The translations under genes were made by a program, and so were the position numbers. The notes under the pieces were generated by a model, which searched no databases, had not been told where the DNA came from, and saw only the letters and a list, made by a program, of their open reading frames with translations. A DNA stretch of 64,000 bases from the human T2T-CHM13v2.0 reference genome, Homo sapiens, in the NCBI RefSeq assembly GCF_009914755.1, contig NC_060948.1. One strand, 5' to 3'. Every line of letters starts with the position of its first letter. Position 1 is the stretch's first letter. Below are positions 53,422 to 64,000 of the stretch, in pieces.

Positions 53422-56400
53422 GTATTAGAATGTAATGAACTTTAATGGAATGTACTCGAATGCATTCGACTGGAATGGAATGTTCTGGAAGTGAATGGAC
53501 TCCAATGGAATGGATTCAAAAGGAATGGAATCTTACGGAATGGAATCTAATGGAATGGAATTAAATGGAAATGAATCAAATTGAATAGCACGGAATTGAA
53601 TTGAATGGAATGGAATGCAATGAAATCTAATGAAACGGAAAGGAAAGGAATGGAATGGAATGGAATGGGCTGGAATGGAAAGGAATCGAAACGAATGGAA
53701 TGGAATCGAACTGAAGAGACTGGAATGGAATGCACTGGAATGGAAGGGAGTGTAATGGAAGGTTCTCGAAAAAAATGGAATCGAATGGAATGGAATTGAA
53801 TGGAACGGAATAGAGTCGAATGGAATTGAATGGAATGGAATGGACTAGAGTGAAATGGAATCGAACCACAAGGAATGGACAGGAATAGAATGGTCTCGAA
53901 TTGAATGGGATCGTATGGAATGGCATCAAACGGAATGGAATGGACAGCCACGGAATGGAATGCACTCGAATGCAATGGAGTCGAAACTAATGGACTGGAA
54001 TAGAATGGACTCGACTGGTACGGACTCCAATGGAATGGAATCGAATGGAAGGGAATCGAACGGAATGGACTCGAAGGGAAAAGACTGCAATGGAAAGGTC
54101 TCGAATGGAATGGAAATTAATGGAATGGAATGGAATCGAATGAAACGGAGGCAAAAGGAATGGAATCGAATGGCAAGAAATCGAATGTAATGGAATCGCA
54201 AGGAATTGATGTGAACGGAACGGAATGGAATGGAATCCAAAGGAATGGAATAGAATGGAATGGAATCGAATGGAAAGGACTCGAATGGAAATCACTCGAA
54301 TAGAATGCAATTTAATAAAATAGGATCAAATGTAATGGAATGGAATGGAAAGGAATCGAAACGAAAGGAATGGAGACAGATGGAATGGAATGGAAGAGAG
54401 AGCAATGGTATATAATGGAATGGAATCATCTGGAATGGAATTGAATGGAATGGAATAATATGAAATGGAATGGAATGGAATGGAATGGAATGCCCTTGAA
54501 TTAAATGGACTGGACTCGAACAGAGTGGAATGGAAAGTGTTGAGATAGAATGGAATGGACTCCTTTGGAATGGTGTAGTATGCAATGCAATCGACTGGCA
54601 TGGAATCAAAAGGAATGTAATGGAATGGATTGGACTGGAATGCAATGGACTCGAATAGATTGGAAACGGAATGCAAAGGAATGGAATGGAATAGTATGGA
54701 ATTTAATGGAAAGGAATGGAGTGGAATAGACTAGAGTGGAATGGAATGGACTGGAAAGCAATGGACTGGAATGGAACTTTCTTGAATGGACTGGAATCAA
54801 ACGGAATGGAATGCAATGCAATCAAATGGCATGGAATAAAATAGAATGAAAGAGAATCAAATGGAATTGAATCGAATGGAATCGAATGGATTGGAAAGGA
54901 ATAGAATGGAATGGAATGGAATTGACTCAAATGGAATGGACTAGAATGGAATGGATTCGAATGGAAGGCAAAGGAATGGAATCTACTGGAATGGACTGTA
55001 ATGGAATGGAATGGAAGGGATTGGAATGGACTCGAATGGAATGGACTGCAATAGAAAGGATTCGAATGGAATGAAAAAGAATTGAATGGAATAGAACAGA
55101 ATGGAATCAAATCGAATGAAATGGAATGGAATAGAAAGGAATGGAATGAAATGGAATGGAAAGGATTCGAATGGAATGCAATCGAATGGAAGGGAATCGA
55201 ACGGAATGGAATAAAATGGAAGAAAACTGGCAAGAAATGGAATCGAAATGAATGGAGTGTTATGGAACGGACTCAAAAGGAATTGAATGTAATAGAATGG
55301 AGTGGAGTGGACTCGAATATAATGGACTGGAATGGAATGAAATCACATGGAATGGGAACGAATGGAATGGAATGGAAAGGAATGGAATCGAATGGAAAGG
55401 AATCGAATGGAAGGGAATGAAATTGAATCAACAGGAATGGAAGGGAATAGAATAGACGGTAATGGAATGGACTCGAATAGAATGGACACGAATGCTCAAA
55501 TTGAATGGACTCGAATGGAATGGAAACGAAAGGAATGTCATCGAATGGAATTGAATCGATTGGAATGAAATCGCATAGAATGGAGTGGAATCAAATGGAA
55601 TTGAATCGAAAGGAAAGGAAGCGAATGGACTGAAATGAAATGGAATGGAATTGAATGGAAAGTAATGCAATGGAATAGAATGGAACGAAATTTCACGGAA
55701 TGGAATCAAACTGAATGGAATCAAATCAATGGAATCAAATCAAATGGAATGGAAAGGAATTGAATGGAGTAGATTGGATTGGATGGGATTGGAATGAAAT
55801 GTACTGGAAAGGACTCGAATTTCATGAAACGGAATGGAATAAATTGGAACGGAATGGACTCGAATGGAATGGAATGTCATGGAATGGCATCAAATGGAAT
55901 GGCATCAAATGGAATGGAATCGAATGCAATGGAATGCTATGGAATGGAATGGAATGCATTGGAATGGAATGTCCTCTAATGGAATGGATTCGAGTGGAAT
56001 GGAATCGAATATAATGGAGTCGAATGAAATGGAATTGAAAGGAATGGGATCGAATAGAATGGAATATACTGGAATGTAATGTAATGAACTCGAATGTAAT
56101 TGACTGGAATGGAATGTACATGAATGGAAGGTAATCGAATGGAAAGTAATCCAATGGAATAGAATCTAATGCAATAAAACCGACTCAGATAGAGTAGAAT
56201 GTAATGGAATGGAGTGCAGTGCAATGGAATGGAATGGAATTGAATGCAATGGAATGGAATGGAATGGAATGGAATGGAATGGAATGGAATGGAATGGGAT
56301 GGAATGGTATGGAATGGATAGTAATGGACTGGAGTGAAATGGACTGGAAAGGAATGGACTCAAATTGAAAGGGCTCGAAAGGAATGGTGTCAAATGGAAT

Positions 56401-56980
56401 GGTCTGGAATGGAATGAACACGAATGTAATGCAGTCCAATAGAATGGAATCGAATGGCATGGAATATAAAGAAATGGATTCGAAGAGAATGGAAACAAAT
56501 GGAATGGAATTGAATGGAATGGAATTGAATGGAATGGGAACGAATGGAGTGAAATTGTATGCAGTAGAAGGGAATAGAATGGAATGCAAGCGAAAGGAAA
56601 GGAATGGATTGGAATGGAATGGAATTCATTGGAATGGAAGGGAATGTAGTGTAATGGACAGGCCTGGAATAAAGTGGAATGCTACGGTCTCGAATGGAAT
56701 AAAAATGTATGGAATGGAATGCAATGAAACGGAATCGAATGTCATAGAATGTAATGGAATGCAACAAAATGGAATCCAAAATCATTGACTGGAAAGGCTG
56801 GGTGTCGAAAGGAATTGACTCCAATGGAATGGAATCGAATGGAATGGAAGTGAATAGAATCGAACTAAATCGAATGGAATGGAATTGATAGGAACGGAAT
56901 GGAAAGGAATGCAATGATTTGGCATGGAATGGAATCGAATGGCATCGAATGGAATGGAATGGAATGCAATGGAATGGAAT
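53422..56980 (+). repeat. Unit 16 (3559 bp)
   Basis: Landmarks 53422/56981. Has a 10-bp deletion at ~54511. Confidence 0.92.
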
Positions 56981-59900
56981 GTATTAGAATGTAATGAACT
57001 TTAATGGAATGTACTCGAATGGATTCGACTGGAATGGAATGTTCTGGAAGTGAATGGACTCCAATGGAATGGATTCAAAAGGAATGGAATCGTACGGAAT
57101 GGAATCTAATGGAATGGAATTAAATGGAAATGAATCAAATTGAATAGCACGGAATTGAATTGAATGGAATGGAATGCAATGGAATCTAATGAAACGGAAA
57201 GGAAAGGAATGGAATGGAATGGAATGGGCTGGAATGGAAAGGAATCGAAACGAATGGAATGGAATCGAACTGAAGAGACTGGAATGGAATGCACTGGAAT
57301 GGAAGGGAGTGTAATGGAAGGTTCTCGAAAATAATGGAATCGAATGGAATGGAATTGAATGGAACGGAATAGAGTCGAATGGAATTGAATGGAATGGAAT
57401 GGACTAGAGTGAAATGGAATCGAACCACAAGGAATGGACAGGAATAGAATGGTCTCGAATTGAATGGAATCGTATGGAATGGCATCAAACGGAATGGAAT
57501 GGACAGCCACGGAATGGAATGCACTCGAATGCAATGGAGTCGAAACTAATGGACTGGAATAGAATGGACTCGACTGGTACGGACTCCAATGGAATGGAAT
57601 CGAATGGAAGGGAATCGAACGGAATGGACTCGAAGGGAAAAGACTGCAATGGAAAGGTCTCGAATGGAATGGAAATTAATGGAATGGAATGGAATCGAAT
57701 GAAATGGAGTCAAAAGGAATGGAATCGAATGGCAAGAAATCGAATGTAATGGAATCGCAAGGAATTGATGTGAACGGAACGGAATGGAATGGAATCCAAA
57801 GGAATGGAATAGAATGGAATGGAATCGAATGGAAAGGACTCGAATGGAAATCACTCGAATAGAATGCAATTTAATAAAATAGGATCAAATGTAATGGAAT
57901 GGAATGGAAAGGAATCGAAACGAAAGGAATGGAGACAGATGGAATGGAATGGAACAGAGAGCAATGGTATAGAATGGAATGGAATCATCTGGAATGGAAT
58001 TGAATGGAATGGAATAATATGAAATGGAATGGAATGGAATGGAATGGAATGCCCTTGAATTAAATGGACTGGAATGGAATGGACTCGAACAGAGTGGAAT
58101 GGAAAGTGTTGAGATAGAATGGAATGGACTCCTTTGGAATGGTCTAGTATGCAATGCAATCGACTGTCAGGGAATCAAAAGGAATGTAATCGAATGGATT
58201 GGACTGGAATGCAATGGACTCGAATAGATTGGAAACGGAATGCAAAGGAATGGAATGGAATAGTATGGAATGGAATGGAAAGGAATGGAGTGGAATAGAC
58301 TAGAGTGGAATGGAATGGACTGGAAAGCAATGGACTGGAATGGAACTTTCTTGGATGGACTGGAATCAAACGGAATGGAATGCAATGCAATCAAATGGCA
58401 TGGAATAAAATAGAATGAAAGAGAATCAAATGGAATTGAATCGAATGGAATCGAATGGATTGTAAAGGAATAGAATGGAATGGAATGGAATTGACTCAAA
58501 TGGAATGGACTAGAATGGAATGGATTCGAATGGAAGGCAAAGGAATGGAATCTATTGGAATGGACTGTAATGGAATGGAATGGAAGGGATTGGAATGGAC
58601 TCGAATGGAATGGACTGCAATAGAAAGGATTCGAATGGAATGAAAAAGAATTGAATGGAATAGAACAGAATGGAATCAAATCGAATGAAATGGAATGGAA
58701 TAGAAAGGAATGGAATGAAATGGAATGGAAAGGATTCGAATGGAATGCAATCGAATGGAATGGAATCGAACGGAATGGAATAAAATGGAAGAAAACTGGC
58801 AAGAAATGGAATCGAAATGAATGGAGTGTTATGGAACGGACTCAAAAGGAATTGAATGTAATAGAATGGAGTGGAGTGGACTCGAATATAATGGACTGGA
58901 ATGGAATGAAATCACATGGAATGGGAACGAATGGAATGGAATGGAAAGGAATGGAATCGAATGGAAAGGAATCGAATGGAAGGGAATGAAATTGAATCAA
59001 CAGGAATGGAAGGGAATAGAATAGACGGTAATGGAATGGACTCGAATAGAATGGACACGAATGCTCAAATTGAATGGATTCGAATGGAATGGAAACGAAA
59101 GGAATGTCATCGAATGGAATTGAATCGATTGGAATGAAATCGCATAGAATGGAGTGGAATCAAATGGAATTGAATCGAAAGGAAAGGAAGCGAATGGACT
59201 GAAATGAAATGGAATGGAATTGAATGGAAAGTAATGCAATGGAATAGAATGGAACGAAATTTCACGGAATGGAATCAAACTGAATGGAATCAAATCAATG
59301 GAATCTAATCAAATGGAATGGAAAGGAATTGAATGGAGTAGATTGGATTGGATGGGATTGGAATGAAATGTACTGGAAAGGACTCGAATTTCATGAAACG
59401 GAATGGAATGAATTGGAACGGAATGGACTCGAATGGAATGGAATGTCATGGAATGGCATCGAATGGAATGGCATCAAATGGAATGGAATCGAATGCAATG
59501 GAATGTTATGGAATGGAATGGAATGCATTGGAATGGAATGTCCTCTAATGGAATGGATTCGAGTGGAATGGAATCGAATATAATGGAGTCGAATGAAATG
59601 GAATTGAAAGGAATGGGATCGAATAGAATGGAATATACTGGAATGTAATGTAATGAACACGAATGTAATTGACTGGAATGGAATGTACATGAATGGAAGG
59701 TAATCGAATGGAAAGTAATCCAATGGAATAGAATCTAATGCAATAAAACCGAATCAGATAGAGTAGAATGTAATGGAATGGAGTGCAGTGCAATGGAATG
59801 GAATGGAATTGAATGCAATGGAATGGAATGGAATGGAATGGAATGGAATGGAATGGAATGGAATGGTATGGAATGGATAGTAATGGACTGGAGTGAAATG

Positions 59901-60544
59901 GACTGGAAAGGAATGGACTCAAATTGAAAGGGCTCGAAAGGAATGGAGTCAAATGGAATGGTCTGGAATGGAATGAACACGAATGAAATGCAATCCAATA
60001 GAATGGAATCGAATGGCATGGAATATAAAGAAATGGAATCGAAGAGAATGGAAACAAATGGAATGGAATTGAATGGAATGGAATTGAATGGAATGGGAAC
60101 GAATGGAGTGAAATTGTATGCAGTAGAAGGGAATAGAATGGAATGCAAGCGAAAGGAAAGGAATGGATTGGAATGGAATGGAATTCATTGGAATGGAAGG
60201 GAATGTAGTGTAATGGACAGGCCTGGAATAAAGTGGAATGCTACGGTCTCGAATGGAATAAAAATGTATGGAATGGAATGCAATGAAACGGAATCGAATG
60301 TCATAGAATGTAATGGAATGCAACAAAATGGAATCCAAAATCATTGACTGGAAAGGCTGGGTGTCGAAAGGAATTGACTCCAATGGAATGGAATAGAATG
60401 GAATGGAAGTGAATAGAATCGAACTAAATCGAATGGAATGGAATTGATAGGAACGGAATGGAAAGGAATGCAATGATTTGGCATGGAATGGAATCGAATG
60501 GCATCGAATGGAATGGAATGGAATGGAATGCAATGGAATGGAAT
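56981..60544 (+). repeat. Unit 17 (3564 bp)
   Basis: Landmarks 56981/60545. Has +5 at ~60520. Confidence 0.92.
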
Positions 60545-63500
60545 GTATTAGAATGTAATGAACTTTAATGGAATGTACTCGAATGGATTCGACTGGAATG
60601 GAATGTTCTGGAAGTGAATGGACTCCAATGGAATGGATTCAAAAGGAATGGAATTGTACGGAATGGAATCTAATGGAATGGAATTAAATGGAAATGAATC
60701 AAATTGAATAGCACGGAATTGAATTGAATGGAATGGAATGCAATGGAATCTAATGAAACGGAAAGGAAAGGAATGGAATGGAATGGAATGGGCTGGAATG
60801 GAAAGGAATCGAAACGAATGGAATGGAATCGAACTGAAGAGACTGGAATGGAATGCACTGGAATGGAAGGGAGTGTAATGGAAGGTTCTCGAAAAAAATG
60901 GAATCGAATGGAATGGAATTGAATGGAACGGAATAGAGTCGAATGGAATTGAATGGAATGGAATGGACTAGAGTGAAATGGAATCGAACCACAAGGAATG
61001 GACAGGAATAGAATGGTCTCGAATTGAATGGAATCGTATGGAATGGCATCAAACGGAATGGAATGGACAGCCACGGAATGGAATGCACTCGAATGCAATG
61101 GAGTCGAAACTAATGGACTGGAATAGAATGGACTCGACTGGTACGGACTCCAATGGAATGGAATCGAATGGAAGGGAATCGAACGGAATGGACTCGAAGG
61201 GAAAAGACTGCAATGGAAAGGTCTCGAATGGAATGGAAATTAATGGAATGGAATGGAATCGAATGAAATGGAGTCAAAAGGAATGGAATCGAATGGCAAG
61301 AAATCGAATGTAATGGAATCGCAAGGAATTGATGTGAACGGAACGGAATGGAATGGAATCCAAAGGAATGGAATAGAATGGAATGGAATCGAATGGAAAG
61401 GACTCGAATGGAAATCACTCGAATAGAATGCAATTTAATAAAATAGGATCAAATGTAATGGAATGGAATGGAAAGGAATCGAAACGAAAGGAATGGAGAC
61501 AGTTGGAATGGAATAGAACAGCGAGCAATGGTATAGAATGGAATGGAATCATCTGGAATGGAATTGAATGGAATGGAATAATATGAAATGGAATGGAATG
61601 GAATGGAATGGAATGCCCTTGAATTAAATGGACTGGAATGGAATGGACTCGAACAGAGTGGAATGGAAAGTGTTGAGATAGAATGGAATGGACTCCTTTG
61701 GAATGGTGTAGTATGCAATGCAATCGACTGGCAGGGAATCAAATGGAATGTAATCGAATGGATTGGACTGGAATGCAATGGACTCGAATAGATTGCAAAC
61801 GGAATGCAAAGGAATGGAATGGAATAGTATGGAATGGAATGGAAAGGAATGGAGTGGAATAGACTAGAGTGGAATGGAATGGACTGGAAAGCAATGGACT
61901 GGAATGGATCTTTCTTGAATGGACTGGAATCAAACGGAATGGAATGCAATGCAATCAAATGGCATGGAATAAAATAGAATGAAAGAGAATCAAATGGAAT
62001 TGAATCGAATGGAATCGAATGGATTGGAAAGGAATAGAATGGAATGGAATGGAATGGACTCAAATGGAATGGACTAGAATGGAATGGATTCGAATGGAAG
62101 GCAAAGGAATGGAATCTATTGGAATGGACTGTAATGGAATGGAATGGAAGGGATTGGAATGGACTCGAATGGAATGGACTGCAATAGAAAGGATTCGAAT
62201 GGAATGAAAAAGAATTGAATGGAATAGAACAGAATGGAATCAAATCGAATGAAATGGAATGGAATAGAAAGGAATGGAATGAAATGGAATGGAAAGGATT
62301 CGAATGGAATGCAATCGAATGGAATGGAATCGAACGGAATGGAATAAAATGGAAGAAAACTGGCAAGAAATGGAATCGAAATGAATGGAGTGTTATGGAA
62401 CGGACTCAAAAGGAATTGAATGTAATAGAATGGAGTGGAGTGGACTCGAATATAATGGACTGGAATGGAATGAAATCACATGGAATGGGAACGAATGGAA
62501 TGGAATGGAAAGGAATGGAATCGAATGGAAAGGAATCGAATGGAAGGGAATGAAATTGAATCAACAGGAATGGAAGGGAATAGAATAGACGGTAATGGAA
62601 TGGACTCGAATAGAATGGACACGAATGCTCAAATTGAATGGACTCGAATGGAATGGAAACGAAAGGAATGTCATCGAATGGAATTGAATCGATTGGAATG
62701 AAATCGCATAGAATGGAGTGGAATCAAATGGAATTGAATCGAAAGGAAAGGAAGCGAATGGACTGAAATGAAATGGAATGGAATTGAATGGAAAGTAATG
62801 CAATGGAATAGAATGGAACGAAATTTCACGGAATGGAATCAAACTGAATGGAATCAAATCAATGGAATCAAATCAAATGGAATGGAAAGGAATTGAATGG
62901 AGTAGATTGGATTGGATGGGATTGGAATGAAATGTACTGGAAAGGACTCGAATTTCATGAAACGGAATGGAATGAATTGGAACGGAATGGACTCGAATGG
63001 AATGGAATGTCATGGAATGGCATCAAATGGAATGGCATCAAATGGAATGGAATCGAATGCAATGGAATGCTATGGAATGGAATGGAATGCATTGGAATGG
63101 AATGTCCTCTAATGGAATGGATTCGAGTGGAATGGAATCGAATATAATGGAGTCGAATGAAATGGAATTGAAAGGAATGGGATCGAATACAATGGAATAT
63201 ACTGGAATGTAATGTAATGAACTCGAATGTAATTGACTGGAATGGAATGTACGTGAATGGAATATAATCGAATGGAAAGTAATCCAATGGAATAGAATCT
63301 AATGCAATAAAATCGACTCAGATAGAGTAGAATGTAATGGAAAGGAGTGCAGTGCAATGGAATGGAATGGAATGGAATGCAATTGAATGGAATGGAATGG
63401 AATGGAATGGAATGTAATGGGATGGAATGGTATGGAATGGATAGTAATGGACTGGAGTGAAATGGACTGGAAAGGAATATACTCAAATTGAAAGGGCTCG

Positions 63501-64000
63501 AAAGGAATGGAGTCAAATGGAATGGTCTGGAATGGAATGAACACGAATGTAATGCAATCCAATAGAATGGAATCGAATGGCATGGAATATAAAGAAATGG
63601 AATCGGAGAGAATGGAAACAAATGGAATGGAAATGAATGGAATGGAATTGAATGGAATGGGAACGAATGGAGTGAAATTGTATGCAGTAGAAGGGAATAG
63701 AATGGAATGCAAGCGAAAGGAAAGGAATGGATTGGAATGGAATGGAATTCATTGGAATGGAAGGGAATGTAGTGTAATGGACAGGCCTGGAATAAAGTGG
63801 AATGCTACGGTCTCGAATGGAATAAAAATGTATGGAATGGAATGCAATGAAATGGAATCGAATGTCATAGAATGTAATGGAATGCAACAAAATGGAATCC
63901 AATATCATTGACTGGAAAGGCTGGGTGTCGAAAGGAATTGACTCCAATGGAATGGAATCGAATGGAATGGAAGTGAATAGAATCGAACTAAATCGAATGG
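60545..64000 (+). repeat. Unit 18 (truncated by window end, ~3456 bp shown)
   Basis: Landmark at 60545, with the same order of landmarks to the end of the window. Confidence 0.92.

Larger units (their letters stand above)
1..64000 (+). repeat. DYZ1: Human satellite III (GGAAT/CATTC)n array, DYZ1-type (Yq12), ~3.56 kb higher-order unit, ~18 copies, single orientation
   Basis: Seen: continuous diverged GGAAT pentamers, with unique landmarks recurring every 3544-3584 bp and one conserved GGCC (in GGACAGGCCTGG, 3277-3280 in unit 1) and one conserved GAATTC (3238-3243) per unit. Known: DYZ1 is the ~3.56 kb ('3.4 kb HaeIII') HSat3 repeat of Yq12. Confidence 0.96.

Noticed and set aside
138-63947. 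Hundreds of ORFs (MEWNG-type on +, FHSIP-type on -), up to 313 aa (8020..8961) and a recurrent 305-aa frame
   Set aside because: Pure (GGAAT)n has no stop codon on either strand, so long low-complexity ORFs are expected. There are no domains, and the frames are broken at random between units.
1-64000. CRISPR-like or other repeat-spacer system
   Set aside because: There are no unique spacers or associated genes; the 'unique' patches are mutated pentamers that recur identically in every unit.
1-64000. DYZ2/Alu/L1 insertion, strand inversion or array boundary
   Set aside because: No AT-rich HSat1B, Alu or CATTC-on-plus segment was seen, and unit lengths are fully accounted for by small indels.
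1-64000. HSat2 or autosomal (e.g. 9q12) HSat3 assignment
   Set aside because: It lacks the dominant GAATCATC-type HSat2 motif; the 3.56 kb period and primer-site matches favour DYZ1.

Overview
The whole 64 kb is one uninterrupted, single-orientation array of diverged (GGAAT)n pentamer satellite (human satellite III), with the purine-rich strand on +. It is organised as about 18 head-to-tail copies of a ~3.56 kb unit. Measured from the landmark GTATTAGAATGTAATGAAC, the unit lengths are 3584, 3553, 3559, 3559, 3544, 3559, 3544, 3559, 3564, 3554, 3579, 3569, 3569, 3569, 3544, 3559 and 3564 bp, followed by a truncated 18th copy. The unit size, the one conserved HaeIII and one conserved EcoRI site per unit, and exact matches to the classic Y-sexing primer sequences (as I recall them) identify it as DYZ1 of human Yq12 heterochromatin. 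I see no credible genes, RNA genes, transposons, DYZ2/Alu insertions or inversions, and every ORF in the track is a pentamer-translation artefact. I did not find a new gene system. The structure worth attention is: (1) three perfect in-register heat-shock elements per unit; (2) nested higher-order duplications (7.10 kb and 7.14 kb dimers and a 17.77 kb echo), subfamily blocks and mosaic units; (3) one slippage tract that explains most unit-length variation; (4) four fixed register shifts per unit. All variant calls were read by eye and should be confirmed by alignment.
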